The notes under the pieces: model-generated
The model's database searches: none
What the model was told of the DNA's origin: nothing
What the model saw: only the letters and a program-made list of their open reading frames with translations
Translations under genes and position numbers: made by a program
In this document: positions 13,169-26,599 of the stretch, piece after piece
Layout of the letters: each line of letters opens with the position of its first letter
Numbering within the stretch: the first letter of the stretch is position 1
Source of the DNA: Gordius albopunctatus
Lineage: Eukaryota
Assembly (NCBI GenBank): GCA_964276515.1
Contig: OZ193910.1
Span: 372,001-436,000, forward strand
Reading direction: 5' to 3'
Length of the DNA: 64,000 nucleotides

Positions 13169-16100
13169 ATGACGGAGAAGAAGCCGGACATTGGGTCAAA
13201 ATCCGAATTAGATTCTGGATATTCTCTTGATAGGGTTAGAGATATACCATCTTATGATGCAACTAAAAATATTGATGATTATCTTTATCATGTAGAATTA
13301 ATTTTTCGCCTTAGAAATATTACGGGAGATTTTAGAAAAATAGTTTTATTGTCGTACATCGTAAGTTTACATTTGAGTAAAATTAGAAGTCAAATATATC
13401 CTAAGGATGTGGATAGAGTTACTTATGAGGAAATTAAAGAATCTTTGATAAGGATATATTCAGATAAAAATTCAATTTACCATTACAGAGAAATATTATT
13501 TAAATCGTAGAGAACTAATGAGAGTATAATAGATTTTTCAATAAAACTCAAAAATATTATAAATCGGTGCAAATATAATTTACCCACTGATGAAATTTTA
13601 CGTGATATATTTATCCTATGGGTCAATTTACCTAGGTTAAATATTGAATTAAGGGCCAAATACCCCTTAGGTAACATAAAGTTTGATGAAACGGTAAATC
13701 TTGCGCTGGCTCTTTCATCAATTGAAGGTGAAACGTCCAACGAATTGGAGATAAATAAAGTACGACAGGATAAAACATTCGGGATTAGGAATAATAATTC
13801 TAATACTTTTTCTAAAACCGTTCCTAATTTTAGCACTTTTAGGAACAGGAAAGTAGTATGTTATAGGTGTGGGAGAGCGAATCATCTTGCCCGAGACTGC
13901 TGGTCGAATCCTCCTTTTCCGCAAAGAAACATATCCGCTTTAAAAAACAAAGACGAGATAACGAAAGCGGAGATTGATGTTTTGATCAATGAGAGACCAT
14001 ATACGTTTCAATTCCATACGGGTGCCGCTTGCACAGTTATAGATGAACCAACATGGCGTAGCATAGGTAAGCCACCCCTAACACCGGGTTCGGAGATATA
14101 TGGTTATGGCAAAACCAAAATTCAAACTTTTGGGAAATGCAATGCCAAGGTAGAAGTTAAAAAAAATATCACATGTCATAGATGCACATGTTATTAAAGG
14201 TAAAGGAAATTTGATTTTCGGCATCCCTCATATCATTAAATATAAATTATCACTTCCACCAATCATTAAATTAAATGTTATTTCCGATGAAAAAAAATAT
14301 TTAACGGAAGACGATATTTTTAAACAGTTCCCAACAGTTTTTAGTCAAAAATTGGGTAAAGTTAAAGACCTTAAAGTCGTGATTGAGGTGGAAAAAACAG
14401 CATGTCCCATAAGCTACACGGCGAGGCGGGTACCATTTACCATGCGTCAAGCTATCGAAAAAGAATTGAAACGTTTAGAAAGTGAAGGGGTTATTAGAAA
14501 AATCGATCCAACAATAACTCCAATCAAATGGGCAACACCTACGGTTAACATAAGGAAGAAATCCGGTGACGTCCGTATATGTGGTGATTTCAGAGTGACA
14601 TTAAATAAATATCTATCAAAGGACAACGATCTTCTCCCAACGTTCAAGGACGTCGCGAGTGAAATATCGGGTGGTATTTACCGTCGAATATTTTCGATCA
14701 TAGACTTAAAAGATGTTTTTTTGCAATTACAAGTTTCGGAGGAAAGTTCAAAATTGTTGAACATAGCCACACATATAGGGTATTTTCAATATTTAAGGCT
14801 TCCTTTTGGTTTAACAACAGCGCCAATAATCTTTCACCGTTATATGAGAAACTTGCTCAAAGGCTTAAAAGGCGTAAGTGTTTTTATGGATGATATTATA
14901 ATAAGTGGGAAAAACAAGGAAGACCATAATAAAAATTTACTAGAAACACTAAATTTAATTAGAAAGGCAGGATTAACAACGTCCCTAAACAAATTTCAAT
15001 TGTTCAAAAAATCTGTTAAATTTTTGGGTCATACGATAGATGCAAGTGGCATTCACCATAGTGAAGATAAGATGGAGTCGATTAAAAAATTTAAAGAACC
15101 AACTAATCGCAAAGAATTAAAATCATTCCTGGGTCTAGTTAACTACCTTGAAAGTTTTATTCCAAATTTGCAATCTAAAAGTTCAGTTTTGTATAAATTA
15201 ACATCTACTAAAGTCAAATGGAATTGGACTATAACAGAAAAACAAGCATTTAACAATATAAAAAACTTAATCTCAACAGATAAAACAATAATTCCATATC
15301 AAAATAATATACCTATTATAATCTCATGCGACGCTTCTGAAACAGGTTTAGGAGCAGTTATCTCACATAAATTTTTTAATGGACATGAAAGACCGATTGC
15401 TTTCGCCTCTCAGGCACTTAGTCCAGCTGAACGTAATTACTCGGTTATTGACCGAGAAGCTGCCGCAATCATGTTTGCTATACAAAAATTTCACGAATAC
15501 ATTTACGGTAGGAAATTTACATTAATTACAGACCACTGCCCATTGGAAAGGATTTTCGGTCCTAATAGGGATTTGAGTAAAGTAACAAATAATCGTTTAG
15601 TCAGATGGGCGACGAAACTTATGCACTATAATTTTGATATTAAATATATGCCGGGATCATGGAATAAATGTGCCGACGCTTTATCAAGATTAATGCCAGT
15701 TTCAAATTATTCTGATCCGGAAGAGGAGTTTGAAGATAAACTAATTAAATTAAATCTAATTGATGAATTAACAATTAATAGAAAAACTTTGATTAATGAA
15801 ACTTTAAAAGACGATATTCTTAAAGAAGTTGTTAAATTATTTCAAAATAATTGGCAAGGAGATATTTCTAATGATAAAGTTAAAAAATATTTGGATTTGA
15901 AGAATTATATATCATTGGAAGATAACCTACTATATTTCAATGATAGAATTATCATTCCTTCTGGTTTAAAGTCACAAATTTTAAAAATACTAATTAATGG
16001 GCACCCTGGGATTGGAGCGATGAAATCATCAGCGAGATACTATGTTTATTGGACCAACATGGACAATGATATAGAGGAATATGTAAATGGTTGTAATAAT

Positions 16101-16961
16101 TGCCAAGAAGGTAGGCCTTTAACGAAAGAAGTACCAATGTCCATCTGGAATATTCCCAACAAACCATGGGAAAGGATTCACATTGATTTGGCGGGGCCAA
16201 TATCAAATAATTATTGGTTGGTTTGTATTGATGCCCTCACTAAATGGCCGGAAGTTATGGTTATAAAACAAATCAACACGTCTAACATTATTTATAATTT
16301 ACGAGTTTTATTCTGCAGATTTGGGCTTCCTCGTTATATAGTTAGTGACAATGGTCCTCAATTCACATCATATGAATTTACAACTTTCTGCAAAATAAAT
16401 GGAATACGACATTTTCGAGGCGCACCGTACCACCCTAGAACAAACGGTCTAGCAGAAATATATATGCGGACCATAAAGAGCAAATTTTTTGCGGGGAGGA
16501 GATAAGGCCTGAACGATCGTGAAAATTTATTACAAGTTTTATTTAATATGCGAACGACGGTAAATACCACCACGGGTATTAGTCCGGGGGAAGGTATGTT
16601 CAATAGAAGACTTCGAACAACTCTTGATCAATTAAAATGGACACGAAAGGAGAAAATCAGTGATTCCGTTTGGAAACAAAAGTATTACAGGAACCGGGGC
16701 CTGGAATACCGTGATTTTGCTCCAAATCAAAAAGTTTGGGTAAAAAATGACAGATCTCCAGGGTGGAGAGAAGGTCAAGTCCTTACAAAAAACAGTTACT
16801 TGACCTATCTAGTACAACTGGGTGACAAAACTCAAATAAAACACCCCGACCATATGAGAGCAGTCAAACGACCAGATCCAGCAGCGATTTCAGAAGACAA
16901 TATACTTCCTTATAAAAGAGTATCAGTGCCAACTGTCAGATATCCTCAAGGTTCCGCTTAA
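13169..16961 (+). pseudogene. Gypsy gag-pol (CCHC knuckle, protease, RT, RNase H, integrase), disrupted
   Basis: CYRCGRANHLARDC; protease HTGA (catalytic D replaced); LPFGL..FMDD; CDAS..DREA..TDH; GHPG..C..C and SDNGPQF..YHPRTNGLAE. Stops at 13508 and 16503; frameshift in the A-run at ~14160. Confidence 0.92.
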
Positions 16962-16973
16962 TGGGAGGAGAAG

Positions 16974-17249
16974 TGTAGTGTAGCAGCATTCAAGGTTGCA
17001 ATTTGAATACACGCGTTTTTCCTATACTTGAGCGCGGTCACAGATATTTGAATATACGCTTAGCCATTTGAATATACCTTAGTTTACACCGTACTTTATC
17101 TCTTATTTGATTACTACTTTTATATATGTCCTTCGCTATGTGTATAAAAAGCCTTATCCACCTAATAAAACAGTCACTGTTTCTTGATGTAGTCTCTTGG
17201 TTTAGAATCTGAGTTTAGCGTTATCTCCCTTGGCCACCACTTCGTTACA
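16974..17249 (+). repeat. 3' LTR
   Basis: Direct repeat of 12827-13102. Confidence 0.97.
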
Positions 17250-19519
17250 GCATAAATCAAAAAAGTCGGAGGATTATCAAGAGTACAGGGACGCAAAGAG
17301 GGCCGCAAAAAAGGCCGTTGCAAAAGCGAAGAATGCTGCGTACACCGAGATGGCAAACAAACTGGATCCTAAAGGGGGCGATAGGCTTATGTACAAATTG
17401 GCCAAGATAAGGGAGAAGAAAAGTCGAGATGTCGGAGTTCTTAAAATAGTCAAAATCGAGAAGGGTCAAACCTTATTCAAGCCGAAGGAAGTGATGGAAA
17501 GGTGGAAATGATATTTTAAGAAACTTATGAATATTGCAAATGACAAGGATTCCCTTCCCGAAATCGAGCCAAATATAAGTATGGTCGAACTCTTTCAGAA
17601 GGATGAAGTTAGGACACAAATGAACAAGATGCAAAAAGGAAAAGCAAATGGCCCAGATGGAATACCTATGGAAACATTGCTCGGATGTCGTGAAGAAGGA
17701 GTCACCACCATGACGAACCTCCTTAACAAGATATAGGTAGAAGAGCGAATCCCTAATCAATGGAGAGCAAGCACGATTATACCCTTATTCAAAGGAAAAG
17801 GAGACCCTCAGGACTGCGGTAATTACAGAGGTATCAAGCTAACTTGCCACTCCTTGAAGCTTTTGGAAAGGATCTTAGTAACAAGGCTGAAAAACGAGGT
17901 GGAAATATCGGCTAATCAATTCGGATTCGTGGCCGGCAAATCCACAATCGACCCAATCTTCGCCCTAAGACAAATGATGGATAAGTATGGTGAAAAGAGG
18001 AAAGACCTACATATGGTTTTTATCGACTTGGAGAAAGCTTATGACACGGTCCCCCGCGATTTAATATGGTGGTGCCTGAGGAAACAAAATATCCCTGACG
18101 CATATATACGGCTTATGAAAAATATCTATGAATCCTCGAACTCTTGCGTTAGGACGACAGTTGGAGACTCTAAACCTTTTCTGGTTAATATTGGATTACA
18201 TCAAGGCTCTGCTTTAAGTCCCTTTTTATTTAATATAATTATAGACACGATAACGAGGGACTTTCAAAAGCCATCGCCATGGTGTATGCTATATGCCGAT
18301 GATATAGTACTATGCGAGGAAACAAGGGAGAAGGTATTCGAAGAAGCAGAAAAGTGGTCAAAGCGCTTAGCTGGATATGGTTTAAAGGTCAATGATCGAA
18401 AAACGGTATACATGGAAATGAACGGTACAAGCACCCCATCGCTGGATGACCACCTAAAATACCCAAAAGTAGACAGGTTTAATTACCTCGGCTCTATGCT
18501 ACATCAAGAGGGAGGTTGCGCAACTGAAATCAATGCCCGGATTCAAAAAGGATGGCTTAAATGGCAAAGTGTATCCGGTGTAATGTGCGACAAGAAAATG
18601 CCAATATGGTTGAAGAGCAAAGCTTACAAATCCATCGTAAGACCGGTGTTACTCTATGGAAGTGAAACATGGGCATTAAACACCACGGAAGGAAAGTTAT
18701 TACAAGCCACGGAGATGAGAATGATACGGTGGAGCTTGGGGTATACTAAGCTCGACCATATGACGAATGACTTTCTCATGACAAAAATGGGTATTCAACC
18801 TATGGCGGACATGATTAACGAAAATCGGCTTAGGTGGTATGGGCATATACTAAGAAGGGACCCGGATGACGTAAATCGAAAAGTGCTAGACATGAAAATA
18901 CCGGGGAAGAGAGGAAGAAGACGACCCCGTGTCACGTGGAAAAGGCAAGTCGATAAAGTTATGGAAACTAAAGAGATTCGTCAAGACATGGCACTAACCC
19001 GGTCAAGATGGAAGAGACTCATCAAAACAAACCCCACCAATGTGGAACCAAATAACTGATAAAGAAGAAGAAGAAGATTATAATTTATATTTTATATTAT
19101 TTTATTTATTTACGATTTTGTATCTAGTTTGGAAATGTGTTATTTATTATGTCCATTAGTGATTATGGGTCCGAATCAAATTTGATTATAATGATTTCTC
19201 TCATAAATTTAAATACGTGCAATTTAAAGTATAATGCTGAATATAATTGATGATGGTAACAATAGACTTAGTCTATTAAGAAGCTTTAGCCAGGGTTAAT
19301 AAAGTGTCTTAATTTTCTCAATTATGTAACTAAGTCAACCATAAGCGAACGTATTATTAAGTCTATTTATAGTTGACAAAAACAGTGAATTTGATACAAA
19401 TGTTATAATTTGCTAGAACAATCACATTTAATTTTCTATACTTCAAATTTATTTGTAGTCTTTGTTTGCACTTTCTATAGAAAATTTCATCTTTATGAAT
19501 TAATTCATATCTTTATATT

Positions 19520-19790
19520 GTCAATGAGATGTCGTGTCCCGCTAAATCTTTGAAAAGTTTGTGTATTAAAGTTTTTTAAAAATATAAAAATTTGCCATTT
19601 GGATTTTTTAACACTTTTTTTAATAAAACAAGAAAAATTTTTATTAAGTATGTATTTTTTTAAAAAGTCGAGACGAGACGAGATCGAGATTTTTCTAGAC
19701 CGAGACGAGATCGAGATTTTCATTATCGCTCCCGAGACGAGACGAGATTTTGTTTTCGAGATCGAGACGAAACGAGATCGAAACACTAGT
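19520..19790. mobile_element. DNA-transposon/MITE end with CGAGA subterminal repeats
   Basis: Multiple CGAGACGAGATCGAGA motifs ending in ..AAACACTA. Confidence 0.55.
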
Positions 19791-19857
19791 TAATTGTGTG
19801 TCAAATTTTCCTCCATTTTGAAGTGCCACTGGTATATTTTAACCATGTAATTTTGCC

Positions 19858-20476
19858 TTCTTCTTCTTTATCAGTTATTTGGTCTCAGATTGGTGGAGTT
19901 TGTTTTGATAAGTTTCTTCCATCTTGACCGGGTGAGTGCCATGCCTTGACTAATCTCTTTAGTTTCCATAACTTTATCGACTTGCCCTTTCCACATGACA
20001 CGGGGTCGTCCTCTTCCTCTCTTCCCCGCCACCTTCATGTCCAGTACTTTTCGATTTACGTCATCCGTGTCCCTTCTTAGTATATGCCCATACCACCTTA
20101 GCCGATTTTCGTTAATCATGTCCGCCATAGGTTGAATACCCATTTTTGTAATGAGAAAGTCATTTATTTAGTATACCCCAAGGTCCAACGTATCATTCTC
20201 ATCTCTGTGGCTTGTAAATACTTTTCTTCCGTCGTGTTTAATGCCCATGTCACTTCCATAGAGTAACATTTGTCTTAGGATGGATTTGTAAGCTTTGCTC
20301 TTCAACCATATTGTCATTTTATTGACGCACATTAAACCGGATGTACTTCGCTGAAGGCATCATTTTTGGATCCGGGCATTAACTTCGGTTGCCCAACTTT
20401 CCTCTTGATGTAGCATCGAGCCGAGGTAAGCAAACCTGTTTACTTTTGGGTACTTTGGATGGTCATCCAGCGATGG
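19858..20476 (-). mobile_element. 5'-truncated degenerate RTE copy (same family as 11559-19076)
   Basis: Reverse complement matches ~18435-19076; (GAA)n tail; frameshifts. Confidence 0.92.
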
Positions 20477-20481
20477 TTAGA

Positions 20482-21148
20482 TTAGAGCACTGCACGGGTG
20501 ACCCGAAACCCGACCCAACCCCACCCGAGGTAATATTCCTTCGGGTCGTGTCGGGTTTAAAATTTAAAAAGGCTTTCGGGTTGGGTTCGGGTTGAAAATT
20601 TTTATATGCTTTTGGTTCGGATTAGATTAGAGCACTGCACGGGTGACCCGAAATCCGACCCAACCCCACCCGATGTAAATTTTTTGGGGTCGGGTTCGGG
20701 TTTAAAATTTAAAAATGCCTTCGGGTCGGGTTCGGGTTAAAAAAATTTTTAAAGCTTTTTAAAAAATGATCAAATTTTCTTCTTTCATTTCCGCACAATT
20801 GCCACAACACAAAATTGCTTGATAATTAAGAAGACAGACTCATTTTAATTTAGCAAAAGTTTAGGAATATCTGCATTTTCAATGGTACCCACTGACTAAT
20901 GAATGGCTTGATAAGTGGGATACTTTGGGTGAAATGAACTAGAAAACTTTTCTGAATTAGAATCTACCCTTTTCTAATGCTCTCACTTCTGGCAAACATG
21001 TTATAAAATGTTGTTAAATCTGTTTTTGTTTTTTTGGATATAACATTTTGTTGCCATTTAAAACCATCAAAATCAATTTTTACACCAATCACTTTTTTAA
21101 CTTTCGGGTCGGGTTCGGGTTTAAAAAAAGTGACTTTGCAGGGCTCTA
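20482..21148. mobile_element. hAT-type MITE with duplicated left end; a further partial copy at ~21750-21920
   Basis: TAGAGCACTGCA...TGCAGGGCTCTA inverted termini; repeated TTCGGGTCGGGTTCGGGTT motifs; 20477-20620 is duplicated at 20622 onward. Confidence 0.7.
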
Positions 21149-21920
21149 GGTTGGATTTAAAGTGTCGGGTCAAAGGTTATGAATCTTACATTGCAGAATA
21201 CACGGGACATATCTTTAAAAATAATGCTATTATGTATAATACTTTTAATTAACATCGGAATTCATAATTGAAGATCATTCATCAAGTTAATTTAAATTCC
21301 TTTTGTTTTTTTAAATCTGATTGTTTTAATTTGAACGCAAATTTAAATTTGACTCGTGAAAGGTAAAATATATCAACAAAATAATATTTTTAAATTGTAT
21401 TTAAATAGTGTGAAGTGGTAGTTCATTATTAAAAATATGTATTCATAAAAAAAATAAGATTATGTTTAAATGTTTTAAATGATTCATTTGCAAAACTCTG
21501 TGGAATTGATTAGTTTCATAAATCGCACTTTAATTTGTTGATTAAATTTTAAAAAAAACCCTCATGGGAAAAGCCAGGAAATTGAAATTAAAGGGGGGGG
21601 GCAATAATGATTAAGTAAGGAGGGGCAAAATGACCATTTTTTAATTCTCGCCACAATTTGATAAAATATCTAAGATTTTTTAAGTTTAGAGGGGGGCTGC
21701 CGCCACTCCCTGCCTACGCCCATGCACACCGCAATTTTTTTTAATCTCGCGTAGGATACCAAAATTTAAACACGTTCGGAATGGATTCGGTTAAAATATT
21801 TTTAAACTTTCGGGTCGGGTTGAAAAATTTAAAATGCTCTCGGGTCGGATCCGGGTTAAAAATTTTAAAAAAATTTCGGGTCGGATTTGGGTTGAAAAAA
21901 AGTGACTTTGCAGTTCTCTA

Positions 21921-22550
21921 CCTTATTCCTAACCGTAGCCCTGCCGCAGTTGCTTCCAACCTGTGGACATATATTCAAGGCACCCCCTAGACTGCCTTAA
22001 AAACAAATATAAATATGCAAGGCACACACAAATAAATTTACTGATTCAGACTGCCCTTTAAAAGGCCAACGTTGCATCTGTTCTAGAGCCTTCTGAACCC
22101 TCTTTGGAAGGAAGAATGCGGCCTGACCGCTCAACTCTCTACCCCTGGCGAAATGGGCTACTCCTTTAATGGGATTTCACCTGTATACACATTTTCGCCT
22201 CTCCAATCAAAATTAAAATGCTCTTACTCTTGCAAAGGACCGCAAGACAGCCAAATACCAGCTCTTCCCAAGCCAAAATTTTCGGCTCCTGCTCAGGGTC
22301 GGACCAAACGCGATTGATTTTTTTGAAGAAATCGGCAGACGTTGCTTAATTTCCAAGCATTGTGGTGCTAACTTTTTACAAGCAAAGAGTTAGCATCATT
22401 ATTGCAAAATACAATTTTAAATCCCTGGGCCGCTTCTCGAGGATGATAACTGTAATGCCCTCGAGCTCTAATTTATAGTTATTATATATAAATTTATATA
22501 CTGCGTCGATTTTTATGTTTATAACTTCTAATAAATCAATCGAAATAAAA
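21921..22550 (+). mobile_element. Degenerate CRE-like RLE 3' fragment
   Basis: SVLEPSEPSLEGRMRPD..PW..WDFTCI, with stops and frameshifts. Confidence 0.8.
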
Positions 22551-23534
22551 AATTAATATAAGGCAATGGAAGATAAATTCAAAATAATTGCTTGTAAAAT
22601 AGCCAGATTCTAGGGGTTCAGGTTAACAAGGATAATTTAGATATAAAAAGAAAATTAATTTTTTAGCCCCATAGATTACTTAATTATATATAGTCATCAA
22701 TAATAATAAATATAATTAGTTTAAATAAGGTTAAAAAAGCATTTTTACACCTTTAGTCTCATTTATCAAAATTCTAGAGGTTTTGGAAAAAACTAAAATT
22801 ATTGTTTAAGCATAAAATTTTTTATCATAATCATTTGTCATATGACAGAATGGAATCAAAAGGTCAATATCAGTAGACCTGTGTAATTAGAGACCTGAAA
22901 AATAACTCACTTTAGGCACTGAAGAACATTGAATTGCACTGTCTTTTTAAGATGATTTACTTAAAAAACACTGATAATTAGAGTAAAATTATAAGTTATA
23001 AAATTTTACTTCTTTTATAAAAACTAATGCTAATCCTTTTTTAATAAACTTTTATTTCAAAATAGTTGAAAGGTGTAAAACTACTTTTAGGGTATGTTGA
23101 AAAAGCCTCTAAAAAAATAATTATTGTAAATGAATCGACATTAAAGGTGAGCAGGTAAATTAGTTTGTTCTTAAGGTTAGCAAACATAGAGAGAGTTAGA
23201 ATCATGAAGTAGAAAGGAATCTAGATAAGTAATTAATTATACAATAATATGGTTCTATAAACCAAAAATATATATTATTAACATTAAATGAAATTATTTG
23301 ATAAAGTCAGTTATTAATTTATAAAAAAATACAAGTTATCAAATTAAATTTTTATATAATTTTGAAGTAAAACATTTTTAATCATAGAAAATTTAACTAT
23401 ACCTTTATTCTAATAATAAATTTTACCCGAGAATTGTACAAACTATCTAATATATAAGTATGCAAGCATTTATTTGGGAAAATTTAATACACACGTTACA
23501 TTTTTCTAAATTAAAATTTATGGTAATATATAAT

Positions 23535-24135
23535 TTATTTCCAAAATCGATAGAAAGTATCATAATAATAATCAGCCACAGAAGACATACTATAGAATTC
23601 TTCTGGACTAGGGGCTAGATAATAATCATCAGGAAGTGTATTAAAAAGTTTTCTATCATAGAGATGACCAGTTTTCCAACCTTCAATATCCTTCATAATT
23701 TTTTCCTCTTCAATAAGCTTTTGCTTTAAAAATCTTAAGAATCTAAATTTCAATATAAAAATTTATGAGGCAACAATATAATAGCAAATAAATAATGATA
23801 TTTGTGGCACTAACACTCTGTCATGCTCTGCAGATATTAATGGCATTAATCCAACTTTGACATCATTATTGTCCATTACAACTTTGCTATTAATATCAAA
23901 TTATTAGGAATAGCAAATTAGGCTCACCTCCTAAACTCTCTATTCTTTTTAAACATATATAATCCAGCAGCTTGGCTTATGATATAAACACCGAATAATG
24001 CCCAGCCTATTTTATCACATATAAATTATTTTTAAAAAACTTACCGCTATACTTTTTAACACGCGGTTGACGGGAAAATTGTATTAAACGATAGCCACCT
24101 TCAGGAGGCAAGTCCTGCTTGTAGGCTATAACCAT
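23535..24135 (-). CDS. NDUFA13: NADH dehydrogenase 1 alpha subcomplex subunit 13 (GRIM-19), 4 exons, 149 aa
   Basis: Exons 24135-24045, 24006-23928, 23886-23815 and 23742-23535 with GT-AG introns give MVIAYKQDLPPEGGY..TM..KKNREFR..LMPLISAEHDR..EEEKIMKDIEGWKTG. Confidence 0.93.
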
Positions 24136-24219
24136 ATGACAATGACTGTCTATAAATTATTTTCAAATTGTAGCGGACCATAAGAATTGTACCAAAATAA
24201 ATAGTAACAACATTATACT

Positions 24220-24788
24220 TAGTGATGGGAAAACGCTTAGCACTAGCGCGCTTAGCATCTCCCCGCTGATGGGAATAGCCTATTAAATAAGATATGTCTA
24301 CTAGCACATAGTCACTTTAAAAGCTATAAGCTATAGGATATGGGAGGTTTGAGGCGCTAAAGCTATGGGAGATGGGAGGTTTGAGGCGCTAAAGCTATAG
24401 CCGATTGCACTTAAATGCGCTAGAGAGAATAATAATTTCAATGAAAACAATAGAGTATAATATGAACTTGTGCGTACTCACCCTTGTTATTGTAATTTAA
24501 TATCTAATAAACAATTAAAAAAATTATTCTCAATGTTAGCGCCGTGCTATAGGTCAAGCGCATTTAAGTACAATCGGGTATAGCTTTAGCGCCTCAAACC
24601 TCCCATCTCCTATAGCTCATAGTACCTCAAACCTCCCATCTCCCATAGCTTTAGCGCCTCAAATTTTAAACCACTTATCTCCTTTAGCTTATAACACTTA
24701 AAGTGACTATGTGCTAGTAGACATAGCGGCATGTGGTTGCTATGTGCTATAGCTTTAGCTCCTTAAAAATGCTATTTCCCCATCACTA
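24220..24788. mobile_element. hAT MITE with internal inverted and 31-bp tandem repeats
   Basis: TIR TAGTGATGGG / CCCATCACTA; perfect 8-bp TSD ATTATACT (24212-24219 / 24789-24796). Confidence 0.92.
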
Positions 24789-25187
24789 ATTATACTTGTG
24801 AGGTTTTATAACTAAAAAGTCATAGTCAAACCTTCAAGCATTATACAGAATTAAGCAATGATCTTAAACATACGTCCAATTGTATAATATCCTATTTAAA
24901 ATCAAAAATCATCGTCAGGACAATGCGTCAAAAATGACAAATATAAAAGTATAATTTTACTAATTACGAGTATTATTGACCAGAACCAGATCAACATATC
25001 TATAACAGCTAAATTTGCGGAAAGAGCTTCTGTAATATTGCTTAAACCAACTGCTATCTTAAATATTTCAGAAAACAGGGGACATACTAATATTATTTTG
25101 ATAATAAACGATTACACTACAAATATTTGAAAAACCTAGGAATTTGGTTGTTGTATTTAATGCTAGATTTTTGCAAAATATTCTTCT

Positions 25188-25518
25188 ATACTAAGCTCGA
25201 CCATATGACGAATGACTTTCTCATGACAAAAATGGGTATTCAACCTATGGCGGACATGATTAACGAAAATCGGCTAAGGTGGTATGGGCATATACTAAGA
25301 AAGGACCCGGATGACGTAAATCGAAAAGTGCTAGACATGAAAATACCGGGGAAGATAGGAAGAGGACGACCCCGTGTCACGTGGAAAAGGCAAGTCGATA
25401 AAGTTATGGAAACTAAAGAGATTCGTCAAGACATGGCACTAACCCGGTCAAGATGGAAGAGACTCATCAAAACAAACCCCACAAATGTGGGACCAAATAA
25501 CTGATAAAGAAGAAGAAG
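25188..25518 (+). mobile_element. 5'-truncated RTE copy
   Basis: Near-identical to 18744-19076; (GAA)n tail; TSD ATTCTTCT (25180-25187 / 25519-25526). Confidence 0.95.
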
Positions 25519-26073
25519 ATTCTTCTTTGTCAAAATATCTTAAAAATATACTTTAAAATGAATGATTAGATAACATGTTTACATTCGGAACTCACGCAAT
25601 TAAAAACTTACCGAAGCAAACACATTAAAATTCTGTTTATAAATATTTTATTTTAACTTTTCATATCTCATGTCTCACCTTTCTTATTGAGCACCACTTA
25701 AAAACTTTAGCTTCGCATTTTTTATTGATACCCCGTTTGTCATGTCGAAGATGCGTGGGTATAAGCTATAAGAAACCAGCACTGCTTTCTCGTTAGTTGG
25801 TATATCATTTCATCTATCAAATCAATTGTAATATACGCTAGAGTTTCATCAAACTAGATAAAGCTTTCCATTTGTTCTTAAGCGATGAAAATTAGCCTAG
25901 GGATCTATGGATTACACGACAACATATTTTTACAAAGACGATTATATGCATTTGGTAATTTACACATGAGGTTGAATTTTAATAAAACATCATTATCGAG
26001 TGTAATCATTTTGTTCCTACAATAAGCGATTTAGTATTTATTATAGATTTACAGTAAAGCATATTTATTTTAA

Positions 26074-26547
26074 TCTTATATGTAAAAATGAAACTATATG
26101 TGTATGTATGTGTGTATGCCGCCACCAATTTTGGAAAACTACCCGACCGATTTGGCTCAAAATTTCATAGTGTATTCCTGATACTCCGGAGCATGTTTTA
26201 AGATTTGTTTGAGACAAATCAGTCCAGTAGTTTTCGAGAACGGTTTAGTGACTGATACTCAACTTTTTGAAAAACTACCAGACCGATTTGGCTCAAAATT
26301 TTACAGTTTATTCCTGGCACTCCGCAGCATGTTTTAAGATTTGTTCGAGCAAAATCTGCACAGTAGTTTTTGAGTATTTGTACGCGTTTCACTGTATACG
26401 AAAATAGAACAATAGAAGTAAAACATATAGACATCAAACTTTATTTTTACTTCAATCACCGCTTTATCATCATATATGCCCTAAAATTCCAACATATTTT
26501 GATACACCCGGGTAAATGGCAAAACAACGTTTGCCGGGCTCATCTAG
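26074..26547 (+). mobile_element. Non-autonomous Helitron-like element
   Basis: A|TC start, (GTAT)n microsatellite, duplicated GACCGATTTGGCTCAAAATTT, 3' hairpin GGCAAA-ACAACG-TTTGCC, CTAG|T end. Confidence 0.8.
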
Positions 26548-26599
26548 TAGGTTTATATTTAGAAGAATAAGTTACAACTCAAAGCGTTATATTTGGTGT

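Larger units (their letters stand above)
12827..17249 (+). mobile_element. Ty3/Gypsy LTR retrotransposon (Mag-like), complete but defective
   Basis: 276-bp TG..CA LTRs, 5-bp TSD GCATA (12822-12826 / 17250-17254), PBS TGGCGACGAGGAT (tRNA-Ser type) at ~13105, polypurine tract GGGAGGAGAAG at 16963-16973. Confidence 0.97.
11559..19076 (+). mobile_element. Full-length RTE LINE (APE-RT), interrupted by a Gypsy element; defective
   Basis: 18-bp TSD ATTATAATTTATATTTTA (11541-11558 / 19077-19094) and (GAA)n tail. APE lies in 11650-12826 and RT (YADD) in 17255-19059. Removing the LTR element restores the frame (RWH|KSKKSEDY). Premature stops at 17509 and 17734. Confidence 0.95.

Noticed and set aside
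13508..13510. Programmed stop read-through in gag
   Set aside because: The stop is mid-gag, upstream of the zinc knuckle, in a copy with several other lesions; a point mutation is simpler.
19505..21990. Low-complexity ORFs (SRLVS.., GSGSG..)
   Set aside because: They are translations of MITE subterminal repeats.
25600..25780. Possible minus-strand exons with GTGAG/GTAAG donors
   Set aside because: They could not be joined into a convincing gene and resemble nothing I recognise.
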